Of a stretch of 64,000 bases of DNA, positions 8,620-17,498 are shown in pieces. The notes beneath the pieces are model-generated. The model saw only the letters and a list, made by a program, of their open reading frames with translations. It had not been told where the DNA came from and did not search any database. Source of the stretch: Rhodospirillales bacterium. Lineage in GTDB: Bacteria > Pseudomonadota > Alphaproteobacteria > Rhodospirillales > UBA2165. A program made the translations under genes and the position numbers. The first letter of the stretch is position 1; the number at the start of each line of letters is the position of its first letter. The stretch is from assembly GCA_028345065.1 (NCBI GenBank), contig JAOMCN010000005.1:6184-70183 (forward strand), read 5' to 3'.

Positions 8620-11490
8620 ATGCTCATAAAAAAATCAAATGGGGTAGTGACAAGTAGCCGCTTATCAAAGGCGCTTGCTAACTTGACTGGAGGGGCTGTC
8701 GACAGGCGGACTTTTCTAAAACGGTCAGGGTTAACGGCGGGAGGCCTTGCAGCCGCGTCGGCGCTATCCTTGGGGCGGGTGAAAAACGCGGAAGCCGCGA
8801 GTGCGGGGTCTGGCGATGTTAAAAGAATTAAAAGCGTCTGCACCCATTGTGCGGTTGGCTGTACAGTGATTGCAGAAGTCAAGAATGGCGTTTGGATTGG
8901 CCAAGAGGCTGGATTTGATAGCCCAATTAACGCTGGTGCACATTGTGCCAAAGGGGCTTCAGTCCGGGAACATGCTCATGGGGAACGTCGACTCAAATAT
9001 CCGATGAAGCTAGTCGGTGGAAAATGGCAGCGTATGAAGTGGGACGACGCCATTAACGAAATCGGCGACCGTATGCTGAAGATCCGTAAGGAATCAGGAC
9101 CTGATTCTGTTTACTGGCTAGGCTCGGCAAAACACAACAACGAGCAAGCTTATCTTTTCCGTAAGTTTTACGCGTTTTGGGGTTCTAACAACGGCGATCA
9201 TCAGGCACGTATTTGCCATTCAACGACGGTCGCTGGTGTTGCCAACACGTGGGGTTATGGCGCTATGACCAATAGCATGAACGACATCCAAAATAGTCGT
9301 TCGATATTGCTCATCGGTGGAAATCCCGCTGAGGCCCATCCCGTGTCTCTGCTGCACGTATTAAAGGCGAAAGAGGAGAACAACGCTCCATTGATCGTTT
9401 GTGATCCGCGTTTCACAAGAACTGCAGCGCATGCCGATGAATATGTGCGCTTCCGCTCTGGTACAGATGTGCCGTTGGTATGGGGAATACTATGGCATAT
9501 TCTGGAGAACGGATGGGAAGACAAACAGTTTATTCGTCAGCGTGTCTGGGGTATGGATCAGATTCGCACCGAGGTTAAGAAATGGAACCCGAAGGAAGTG
9601 GAACGGGTCGCAGGCATACCTGGGTCGCAGTTAAAACGGGTAGCTAAAACGCTTGCGAATAACCGTCCCGGCACCTTGATTTGGTGCATGGGTGGAACGC
9701 AGCATACCAATGGTAACAACAATACTCGCGCATACTGCATACTGCAGTTGGCGTTAGGAAATATGGGGACTGCAGGTGGTGGTACCAATATTTTCCGAGG
9801 CCATGATAATGTGCAGGGTGCTACGGATATGTGTGTGTTGTCACACTCACTGCCCGGTTACTATGGGCTCTCAGCGGGTTCCTGGAAACATTGGGCAAGG
9901 GTCTGGGATGTTGACTACAACTGGCTGTTGAAGCGGTTTGCTTCCAAAAAGTTAATGTCATCGAAAGGCTTCCCGGTGTCACGTTGGATTGATGGTGTTC
10001 TTGAAGACAAGAAGAACATGGATCAACCTGACAACCTCAGGGGAATGGTTTTCTGGGGCCACGCTCCAAACTCGCAAACTCGCGGTTTGGAAATGAAAAA
10101 GGCCATGGAAAAACTCGATACGTTGGTCGTAATCGATCCCTATCCAACGGCGACTGCTGTGATGCATGATCGTACGGACGGTGTATATCTCCTGCCGGCT
10201 GCAACACAGTTCGAAACCTACGGATCGGTAACCGCTTCCAACAGGTCATTCCAGTGGCGTGAGACGGTTGTTGATCCACTGTTCGAATGCAAGACCGATC
10301 ACGAAATCATGTACCTGTTCGCTAAGAAGTTTGGCATGGACAAAGAGATGTTCAAGCATATCAAGGTGAACAAGAACGAGCCGTTGATTGAAGACATCAC
10401 CCGCGAGTTCAACGGTGGTATGTGGACGATTGGCTACACTGGCCAGTCACCGGAACGGTTGCGTTCGCACATGGCCAACCAGCATATGTTCGATAAGAGA
10501 ACGTTGCAGGCCAGGGGTGGACCTAACAATGGTGAATTCTACGGTTTGCCGTGGCCATGCTGGGGTACACCTGAGATGAAGCATCCAGGAACTCCAATCC
10601 TCTATGACACCTCACGGTCGGTGGCTGAAGGTGGATTGAATTTCCGGGCCCGCTTTGGTGTACAGCGTAATGGCCAAAACCTCTTGGCTGAAGGGTCGTA
10701 TTCTGTTGGCTCTGAGATTAAGGATGGCTATCCGCAATTCTCGATGGCTATGCTCAAGAAGCTGGGCTGGGATAAGGACCTGACAGCGGATGAAAGGGCT
10801 GCCATCAAGAAGGTTGCCGGTGATAAAACCAACTGGAAGACCGACCTTTCGGGCGGTATTCAGCGGGTTGCCATCAAACACGGTGCGGCGCCGTTTGGTA
10901 ACGCCAAGGCACGGGCAGTGGTCTGGACCTTCCCGGATCCAGTACCTATTCACCGAGAACCTCTCTACACGCCAAGACGCGACTTGGTTGCCGATTACCC
11001 AACTTACAAGGATACGAAAAACTACCGTCTTCCGACCTTGTATGCGAGTATTCAAGCCAAAGACTTCTCAAAGAAGTTCCCGACAATTCTCACATCGGGT
11101 CGCTTGGTAGAATATGAGGGTGGCGGTGATGAAACCCGTTCCAACCCGTGGTTGGCCGAGTTGCAGCAGGAAATGTTTGTTGAGATTAATCCTGTCGATG
11201 CAAACAATAGCGGAATTCGTGACGGTTCTGCTGTTTGGGTGCACAGTCCCGAAGGTGCGAAGATCAAAGTAAAGGCGCAGGTCACCGAGCGCGTCGAGCC
11301 CGGTGTCGCATTCCTGCCCTTCCACTTTGCCGGTCATTTGGAGGGCAAGGACCTGCGTGACAAGTATCCTCCAGGGGCAGATCCAATAGTCCTGGGTGAA
11401 GCCGCAAACACGGCTTTGACCTACGGGTATGACTCGGTAACTCAGATGCAGGAAACTAAGGCATCCCTGTGTCGAATTGAAGCAGCGTAA
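8620..11490 (+). CDS. fdhA: Formate dehydrogenase catalytic (alpha) subunit, bis-MGD molybdo/tungstoenzyme, Cys-type, TAT-exported
   Basis: 956 aa. Twin-arginine motif DRRTFLK. N-terminal 4Fe-4S motif CTHCAVGC..C. The active-site segment HQARICHSTT has Cys (9214-9216) where Sec-type enzymes carry U. RBS AGGAGAGG. Confidence 0.9.
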   Translation: MLIKKSNGVVTSSRLSKALANLTGGAVDRRTFLKRSGLTAGGLAAASALSLGRVKNAEAASAGSGDVKRIKSVCTHCAVGCTVIAEVKNGVWIGQEAGFDSPINAGAHCAKGASVREHAHGERRLKYPMKLVGGKWQRMKWDDAINEIGDRMLKIRKESGPDSVYWLGSAKHNNEQAYLFRKFYAFWGSNNGDHQARICHSTTVAGVANTWGYGAMTNSMNDIQNSRSILLIGGNPAEAHPVSLLHVLKAKEENNAPLIVCDPRFTRTAAHADEYVRFRSGTDVPLVWGILWHILENGWEDKQFIRQRVWGMDQIRTEVKKWNPKEVERVAGIPGSQLKRVAKTLANNRPGTLIWCMGGTQHTNGNNNTRAYCILQLALGNMGTAGGGTNIFRGHDNVQGATDMCVLSHSLPGYYGLSAGSWKHWARVWDVDYNWLLKRFASKKLMSSKGFPVSRWIDGVLEDKKNMDQPDNLRGMVFWGHAPNSQTRGLEMKKAMEKLDTLVVIDPYPTATAVMHDRTDGVYLLPAATQFETYGSVTASNRSFQWRETVVDPLFECKTDHEIMYLFAKKFGMDKEMFKHIKVNKNEPLIEDITREFNGGMWTIGYTGQSPERLRSHMANQHMFDKRTLQARGGPNNGEFYGLPWPCWGTPEMKHPGTPILYDTSRSVAEGGLNFRARFGVQRNGQNLLAEGSYSVGSEIKDGYPQFSMAMLKKLGWDKDLTADERAAIKKVAGDKTNWKTDLSGGIQRVAIKHGAAPFGNAKARAVVWTFPDPVPIHREPLYTPRRDLVADYPTYKDTKNYRLPTLYASIQAKDFSKKFPTILTSGRLVEYEGGGDETRSNPWLAELQQEMFVEINPVDANNSGIRDGSAVWVHSPEGAKIKVKAQVTERVEPGVAFLPFHFAGHLEGKDLRDKYPPGADPIVLGEAANTALTYGYDSVTQMQETKASLCRIEAA

Positions 11491-11501
11491 GGAGAAAAAA
11501 A

Positions 11502-12107
11502 ATGGCTAGAATGAAATTTATTTGTGACGCCGAACGCTGCATCGAATGCAACGCCTGCGTTACGGCTTGTAAGAACGAGCACGAAGTGCCATGGGGCGTG
11601 AATAGGCGTCGTGTGGTGACCCTCAATGATGGGACACCAGGCGAACGTTCTATATCCGTAGCATGCATGCACTGCTCGGATGCACCTTGCATGGCTGTAT
11701 GCCCGGTGGACTGCTTCTTGCAGACAGAAGATGGTGTAGTCCTCCATTCTAAGGATCTTTGCATTGGGTGCGGTTATTGCCTTTATGCTTGCCCGTTTGG
11801 TGCTCCTCAATATCCGCAAGCCGGAAATTTTGGCAGCCGAGGGAAGATGGATAAGTGCACCTTCTGTGCAGGAGGTCCCGAGGAAGATCACTCGTCGGCT
11901 GAATTCCAAAAATATGGCCGGAACAGGTTGGCGGAAGGCAAGCTGCCTCTATGTGCTGAAATGTGCGCTACGAAGGCCCTTCTCGCTGGAGATGGCGATA
12001 AAGTGTCGGACATCTATAGGGAGCGCGTTGTAGCTCGAGGCTTTGGTTCCGGTGCTTGGGGCTGGGGTACGGCCTACCAAGCAAAAGGCGGCGGCGCCAG
12101 GCGCTAA
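11502..12107 (+). CDS. fdhB: Formate dehydrogenase iron-sulfur (beta) subunit, 4Fe-4S dicluster protein
   Basis: 201 aa with multiple CxxCxxCxxxC(P) motifs (CIECNACVTAC, CMHCSDAPCMAVCP, CIGCGYCLYACP). No C-terminal TM helix. Confidence 0.85.
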   Translation: MARMKFICDAERCIECNACVTACKNEHEVPWGVNRRRVVTLNDGTPGERSISVACMHCSDAPCMAVCPVDCFLQTEDGVVLHSKDLCIGCGYCLYACPFGAPQYPQAGNFGSRGKMDKCTFCAGGPEEDHSSAEFQKYGRNRLAEGKLPLCAEMCATKALLAGDGDKVSDIYRERVVARGFGSGAWGWGTAYQAKGGGARR

Positions 12108-12161
12108 AAGCAAGTTTCGTTCGGGTTTGTCAAATTGACTTGGACGTTTTGAAATAAAAGG

Positions 12162-12199
12162 CCCGCAGCACCTATGATTGGTGCTGCGGGAACTTTTTT
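12162..12199 (+). terminator. Rho-independent terminator-like hairpin between fdhB and fdhC
   Basis: Perfect 11-bp stem cccgcagcacc / ggtgctgcggg with a 7-nt loop, followed by aactttttt. Confidence 0.7.
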
Positions 12200-12275
12200 G
12201 GCCTGTGTCTAGGGTGTCGTTTGACGAGTATTTCAATTAGATTGAGTCTGAACGAATTAAGGGAAGGACGTTAAA

Positions 12276-13496
12276 ATGATCACTACGTCAAAGATCAAAA
12301 ATATGTTGGTTTTGATGTGTTTAAGTCTTGTCATGATTTTGGCGGGTGACCTAAGAAGTAATTTAGTGTCGGCGCAGCAGACATCCGCGGAGGAGCAAAC
12401 TATTTCGCTCCCCCCCCAAAGCTCGACAAATGTGCTGTCGTCTTCACCTGGTTCAAGCGTTCGGCCTCCCGCCAGCCAAAAATGGGGCGCACCGGCGGAC
12501 GTTCCGACAACAGTTTTACCTCAGGAGAGTGACCCTACGGTATGGGGGTTAATTCGACACGGTAGAAAAGGATCAGTCTCGATCCCTAACCAAAGAGCCG
12601 GGTTGCTAGTTCAGTCGCAAGGGCAGGACTGGCGCGACTTTCGAAACGATTCTATTTTTGAATTTGGTGGTTGGGTGCTGTTAGGTATAATTGCAGCTTT
12701 AGTTGTATTTTTTCTTGCGCGCGGAAGGATTAAGATTTCTCACGGGCGGGCGGGGACAACCATTCTACGATTTAAAACAATTGAACGCATGACCCACTGG
12801 TTGACGGCTGTTCCATTTGTTGTTCTAGCGCTAACAGGCCTTAATTTAATGTATGGTAGAGATTATATTTTGCCAATAATAGGACACGAAGCATTCGCGG
12901 ATATTACTATTGCCGGAAAATGGCTCCATAATTTTATGGCCTTTGCTTTCATGTTGGGTCTTGTTTTGATGGTGGTGTTTTGGGTCCGTCATAACTTGTG
13001 GGATAAATACGACTGGGGATGGATTCGAGCAGGCGGTGGTATTTTTTCCGACGATGTACATCCACCAGCTCGTAAATTTAACACCGGTCAGAAGGTCGTA
13101 TTCTGGGCAGTAATTCTGGCTGGTGCGTCGATTTCATATAGTGGCCTCGCACTCATGTTTCCATTTGCAATGGAGCCGTTCGCTGGAACGTTTGCTTTCC
13201 TGAATAATTTTGGAACAGAACTTCCGACACAACTTGAGCCGATTCAAGAAATGCAACTCCTACAAACCTGGCATGCGATTGTCGCCGTAATTTTGATCGG
13301 TCTTATTTTTGCTCATATTTATATAGGTTCATTCGGGATGGAAGGTGCCATAGATGCTATGTGGACTGGAGAAGTAGACGAAAACTGGGCTAGGGAACAC
13401 CACGCCGCGTGGGTTGCCGAATTAAAGGGTGAACCAGAACCAGAGCCTTTGTCATTCGAAACCGTTGGATCATCGGAGAAGCCTTCTCATGATTAA
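12276..13496 (+). CDS. fdhC: Formate dehydrogenase gamma subunit (cytochrome b, FdnI-like) with a long N-terminal periplasmic extension
   Basis: 406 aa. Signal or anchor segment, then a Ser/Pro-rich region. Four TM helices carry conserved His residues (RMTHWL, KWLHNF, QTWHAIVA, FAHIYIG). Confidence 0.8.
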   Translation: MITTSKIKNMLVLMCLSLVMILAGDLRSNLVSAQQTSAEEQTISLPPQSSTNVLSSSPGSSVRPPASQKWGAPADVPTTVLPQESDPTVWGLIRHGRKGSVSIPNQRAGLLVQSQGQDWRDFRNDSIFEFGGWVLLGIIAALVVFFLARGRIKISHGRAGTTILRFKTIERMTHWLTAVPFVVLALTGLNLMYGRDYILPIIGHEAFADITIAGKWLHNFMAFAFMLGLVLMVVFWVRHNLWDKYDWGWIRAGGGIFSDDVHPPARKFNTGQKVVFWAVILAGASISYSGLALMFPFAMEPFAGTFAFLNNFGTELPTQLEPIQEMQLLQTWHAIVAVILIGLIFAHIYIGSFGMEGAIDAMWTGEVDENWAREHHAAWVAELKGEPEPEPLSFETVGSSEKPSHD

Positions 13497-13878
13497 AACA
13501 AATCCGATACTGATCATCTACCTACCAGTATTGGTTTTAACAGCATGGCTGGCACAATTGGCGTTTCCTTCGTCGGCGAAGGCGGCGATGACCCAATCGC
13601 AGGTTACAGCGGCAATTGAGAAATCCTATGATGTTAGAGTACTAAAGATTTACGCTGACAAGGAAAGTGGCAAAAGTGTTTTTCGCGTCAAAGTAATGTA
13701 TAACGGTGGAGATTGGAATACGGCCTTCCAGGTGAATACCATTGTAATAGACGCGGAAACCGGGGAACGAGTTGTGCAATTTAAACATCAGTCAAGTGGT
13801 CGTTCACTGCCCGGTAATTATGATTCTAAACCCAATCGACAATCACCTGATGCCTTACGCAGACACATTTGGAGATAA
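13489..13878 (+). CDS. Secreted PepSY-like domain protein
   Basis: ATG 13489 overlaps the fdhC stop (ATGATTAA). Signal peptide ending SSAKA. A PepSY-like pattern runs from TQSQVTAAIEKSY to VIDAETGERV. The track start at 13429 lies inside fdhC. Confidence 0.55.
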   Translation: MIKTNPILIIYLPVLVLTAWLAQLAFPSSAKAAMTQSQVTAAIEKSYDVRVLKIYADKESGKSVFRVKVMYNGGDWNTAFQVNTIVIDAETGERVVQFKHQSSGRSLPGNYDSKPNRQSPDALRRHIWR

Positions 13879-13890
13879 AGGAAAAAACTC

Positions 13891-14016
13891 GTGAATTCAT
13901 TTATATATAGTTTGGTTGCCATTGCTGCGATAACTATAATAGCTTGGGTTGCTTTTGGTAACATTGACTTAAGTTCAGCCGACGTGTTCCAGCTAAAAGA
14001 TAGCGTCCGTCTTTAA
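13891..14016 (+). CDS. Possible 41-aa single-pass membrane micro-protein
   Basis: GTG start 8 nt after AAGGA. Sequence VNSFIYSLVAIAAITIIAWVAFGNIDLSSADVFQLKDSVRL has one clear TM helix. Too short for the ORF track and not otherwise verifiable. Confidence 0.3.
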   Translation: MNSFIYSLVAIAAITIIAWVAFGNIDLSSADVFQLKDSVRL

Positions 14017-14159
14017 TCAGCATTATCTAATAAAAAGATTTTATAGAATAAATTTTGCGCGACTTTATGCGTCGTGGTCGATACATGGAATTTCTGAGTT
14101 GAAATTTTAACTTGGCGTAAGTTTTTCCATTGGCTAAGCAACCACCGACAACAGTTGGC

Positions 14160-14882
14160 TTACCCAGAGGCTATACTCGATCCGCCACATACATATAATG
14201 TTTGCCCCGTGACGTAGCCATTTTCAGGGTCGGAGAAAAATAATATAGCTCTGGCTACGTCTTCGGGTTTGCCAATACGACGAACCGGAAGGCTGGCTGC
14301 AATTTTAACCTGTTGTGCACTATCTTTTTCAACCAACCCCCAAAATTGGTCGGTTAGTACTGGGCCGGGAGCAACAGTATTGACGGTGACACCAAATGGA
14401 GCGAGTTCCAAGGCCCAGGTACGCGCCATGCCTATGATGCCGGCCTTACTATATGAATAGGCCGAGCGGGTCTCCAAGCCTACGGATGCCCTTGAAGAAT
14501 TAAAAATTGCGCGACCAAAACCTTGGTCTTTCATGAAGGGTACAAAAGCCTGCATCAAAATAAGGGCAGAACCTGCGTGAAGTTTGGTAAGTGTGAGAAG
14601 GTCATCGCTATGCATGTCCTCCAATAAATTTGGTAGGATAATGCCAGCATTGTGGATCAAGTGAGTGATGTCCTTTTCCGCGGCGAGGTCTTTGGCAAAC
14701 TGTCGGGTTGCTTCATCGTCCAAAAGGTCTAACTCGATGTGTTGAAACTGCGCATGTGTCCACTCCGGCTTATGTAACCCCACTGAAACGACTTTATATC
14801 CAACTTCGAGCATCATTCTGCTGGTGGCTTCGCCAATACCACGGCCTCCACCAGTTATCAGAGCAGTCAAATTTTTTCTCAA
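14160..14882 (-). CDS. SDR-family oxidoreductase (possible cis-diol dehydrogenase)
   Basis: 240 aa. TGGGRGIG cofactor motif and YSYSK catalytic motif. TTG start. Downstream of the Rieske dioxygenase genes on the same strand. Confidence 0.85.
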   Translation of the reverse strand: MRKNLTALITGGGRGIGEATSRMMLEVGYKVVSVGLHKPEWTHAQFQHIELDLLDDEATRQFAKDLAAEKDITHLIHNAGIILPNLLEDMHSDDLLTLTKLHAGSALILMQAFVPFMKDQGFGRAIFNSSRASVGLETRSAYSYSKAGIIGMARTWALELAPFGVTVNTVAPGPVLTDQFWGLVEKDSAQQVKIAASLPVRRIGKPEDVARAILFFSDPENGYVTGQTLYVCGGSSIASG

Positions 14883-14918
14883 CTCAATTACCCCACATTA
14901 TATAGATTAGTCATGGAC

Positions 14919-15398
14919 TTAGATGAAAAGCTGGATATTGCGGTGTGGTGAATCGCAATTTACGAGATCAACTCTCTTGAGTTTAATTTTGAGTCTTTCA
15001 TCTTCAACGATTAACGAATGCTTCATCCAGCCGGCATATAATTCCTTTTCATCATTTCTACTTTCAACATAGTGAAAAGGGGTGAATACCCGGTAGTCAT
15101 TATTAGGTGCGTCAATTTTGTCAACGGTTGGTGTTTGCAGCAAGTGTTGACACCGACTTTTGGGTAACTGTGAATAAGTCCTCTTTCCTGACAGCCGCTG
15201 CACCCTAGATTTGAGTAAAAGCAGGTCTTCGTACATCAAGGACGTAGTTAATTTTTCTTCAGTTTGACCAAATTCAAGTGGCATCCAATAAAATCCATCT
15301 TCGGTAAATAATTCAAGCCACTCTTCGTATTGTTGCTCATCAAGCATTCTGGCTTCACGGATCACAAAATCCACTAAATCAATCTCTGTCAGGTTCAC
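14919..15398 (-). CDS. Aromatic ring-hydroxylating dioxygenase beta subunit
   Basis: 159 aa, NTF2-like small subunit. Overlaps the alpha subunit stop by 4 nt. Confidence 0.8.
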   Translation of the reverse strand: MNLTEIDLVDFVIREARMLDEQQYEEWLELFTEDGFYWMPLEFGQTEEKLTTSLMYEDLLLLKSRVQRLSGKRTYSQLPKSRCQHLLQTPTVDKIDAPNNDYRVFTPFHYVESRNDEKELYAGWMKHSLIVEDERLKIKLKRVDLVNCDSPHRNIQLFI

Positions 15399-16729
15399 GC
15401 TTGCACTCCTGATTGATCACTAACCGAGTGCATAAACTTTTTCCAGGCGCGGAATTGATTACGCATTTGTGCCTCTGTCGTGCCGGGAAACTCTTCCATC
15501 GGGGCGACGCCCTCTTCCCCAAAGTAGTGTCGTTGGAAATTCATCCATTGGTTATTTGTGCAGTGAAGACCCTCTTGGGCGCGTTCATAGACTTCTGTAT
15601 CATCGTGGCCCACAATTGACGTAGGAGCATTAATAAGACGATTATACATTGCTGTGCGCTCAAGAAGCATGTCTGGAGCACCAACTAAGCGGAAAATCCA
15701 CGATTCAACGAGAGTACGATCAGCAGCTAAAGGCTTAAACAGTCGTAATGTTTGAATTGGACCTTTAACCATTAAGTTTGGGAAATAAACAGTATTATGC
15801 CTGTTTTCGTTTAAAATTTCTTCGGCGCGTTCTTTCCCGTAAGCTTCTTTCATTTGGTCCACATAACCGGAGGTGTCCGCATAATCGGAATGTATGGAAA
15901 AATGGACACCGGTATGGCCATGGCCGTTTTGCCAGGTGCGGATTCCCATCTTTTCATAGAAACTGTAGGAAGAGGTGAATGGCACAATACACTCAACCGC
16001 CATGGGGGTTGCATTACCATGCTGTTTCATATCTTCCCAGATCTCTTTTACAACACCGGCTGATGATTCATGAACGACCATTGGATGGAAGGAGTCGGTT
16101 TGATTTTCAACTAACATTTTCCAGTTACAGTGATGCATATATCTAAGCGGGTTGCCTACAACTTCAAGGCGCCCCTCCGGGGATCTATCGATCATATTGT
16201 CTATGCTTGATAAGGAATCTCCAAAAAATTCCTCGAACTCGATCCCACCATCTTGAAGCTTCGCGAATACAAACTCACGATAGACACAAACATTAGAAAC
16301 TGACGTCATGCCCTTTGAGGCGCAAGAATTTCCAAAACTTACGTCTTCATATCCATCCCTCACCGGAACACCCAGCAGTGTACCATCCGTTCTATAGGTC
16401 CAGGCATGGTAAGGGCATCTAAATGTTTTACCCGTATTGCCATGAATATCAGTGACTAATTTGGTTCCGCGGTGGGCGCAGCGATTATAGAGGACATGTA
16501 TCGTTTCATCGGTATGTCGTACCATCAGAACGGGTTGGTCTGAAATTTTGGTAGAGTAGTAATCGCCCTTGTTCGGAATTTGGCTGGCATGCCCTACGTA
16601 TATCCAGGTATTGCGGAAAAGATGATTCATTTCCAGTTCAAAGACGTCCTCAGCAATATAAACATCGCGGTGTGCCTCGTCGTCGGTGACGAGACTGAGA
16701 ACTGATGATGGATTGTCGAGATAGGACAT
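15395..16729 (-). CDS. Rieske [2Fe-2S] aromatic ring-hydroxylating dioxygenase alpha subunit
   Basis: 444 aa. Rieske motif CAHRG...CPYHAW, and a mononuclear iron region with the HPMVVH / H..H pattern. Confidence 0.9.
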   Translation of the reverse strand: MSYLDNPSSVLSLVTDDEAHRDVYIAEDVFELEMNHLFRNTWIYVGHASQIPNKGDYYSTKISDQPVLMVRHTDETIHVLYNRCAHRGTKLVTDIHGNTGKTFRCPYHAWTYRTDGTLLGVPVRDGYEDVSFGNSCASKGMTSVSNVCVYREFVFAKLQDGGIEFEEFFGDSLSSIDNMIDRSPEGRLEVVGNPLRYMHHCNWKMLVENQTDSFHPMVVHESSAGVVKEIWEDMKQHGNATPMAVECIVPFTSSYSFYEKMGIRTWQNGHGHTGVHFSIHSDYADTSGYVDQMKEAYGKERAEEILNENRHNTVYFPNLMVKGPIQTLRLFKPLAADRTLVESWIFRLVGAPDMLLERTAMYNRLINAPTSIVGHDDTEVYERAQEGLHCTNNQWMNFQRHYFGEEGVAPMEEFPGTTEAQMRNQFRAWKKFMHSVSDQSGVQA

Positions 16730-17030
16730 AGGCCCCCCTGCATCTTACAAAAAGTCGAAAAATAAGCGTAGCTTAGTATTTTTTATTGAGCAAGGTTCTG
16801 AAAGGTGCAATTGCCCCTCCAAAGGTTGGCAATATAAATTAAGAACAATGGATATATCAAAAATAAGGGTGTTTATGATCTCCTCGACATAAGTTTTAAG
16901 AATAAAATACAACAAGATACTTCAATGTATTTTGACATAAATAAATAGTTTCTAGCCTGCCAACCCCTAAGTTTTTGACCCATACAAAGGCTGATGGTAA
17001 GCTTTTTAACAGGATTTAGGAGATTAATTG

Positions 17031-17498
17031 ATGTCTCGCCTCAAAGTTAATGGTCGTAGTTATTCAGTGAACGCAGCCCCGGACACACCGTTGCTGTGGG
17101 TTTTGCGTGAAGATCTGCGTTTGACCGGTACCAAATTTGGGTGCGGACGTGGACACTGTGGATGTTGCACAGTGCACCTGAACGGTGAAGCAATGCGTTC
17201 CTGTCAAATCCGATTGGGAGACGTGGAGGGCGAAATCATCACTACAATAGAGGGACTTGATGCAAGGTCGGATCACCCCTTGCAAAGGGCCTGGGTAAAA
17301 GAGCAAGTCGCACAGTGTGGTTATTGTCAGTCAGGACAGATTATGCAGGCCGCTGCCTTGTTGGCGGATAATCCAAAGCCAACAGATGAAGAAATTATAA
17401 CCGCGATGAAGTTTAATTTGTGCAGGTGTATGACTTACCCCAGAATCAAAAAGGCTATACAACGGGCTTCGCGGGAGATCAGAAATAGAAATGAATAA
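17031..17498 (+). CDS. iorA: (2Fe-2S)-binding small subunit of an IorAB / aldehyde-oxidase type molybdoenzyme
   Basis: About 155 aa. Motifs CGRGHCGCC and [11 protein letters not shown] 17031 follows AGGAG. Confidence 0.85.
   Translation: MSRLKVNGRSYSVNAAPDTPLLWVLREDLRLTGTKFGCGRGHCGCCTVHLNGEAMRSCQIRLGDVEGEIITTIEGLDARSDHPLQRAWVKEQVAQCGYCQSGQIMQAAALLADNPKPTDEEIITAMKFNLCRCMTYPRIKKAIQRASREIRNRNE

Noticed and set aside
9214-9216. Selenocysteine recoding in the FDH alpha subunit
   Set aside because: The ORF is uninterrupted, and the active-site codon is TGC (Cys), not TGA. There is no need for a SECIS element.
10612-11909. 147-aa and 155-aa minus-strand ORFs (10612-11055 and 11442-11909), plus smaller ones nearby
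   Set aside because: Antisense to fdhA and fdhB, whose coding assignment is secure from Fe-S and molybdopterin motifs.
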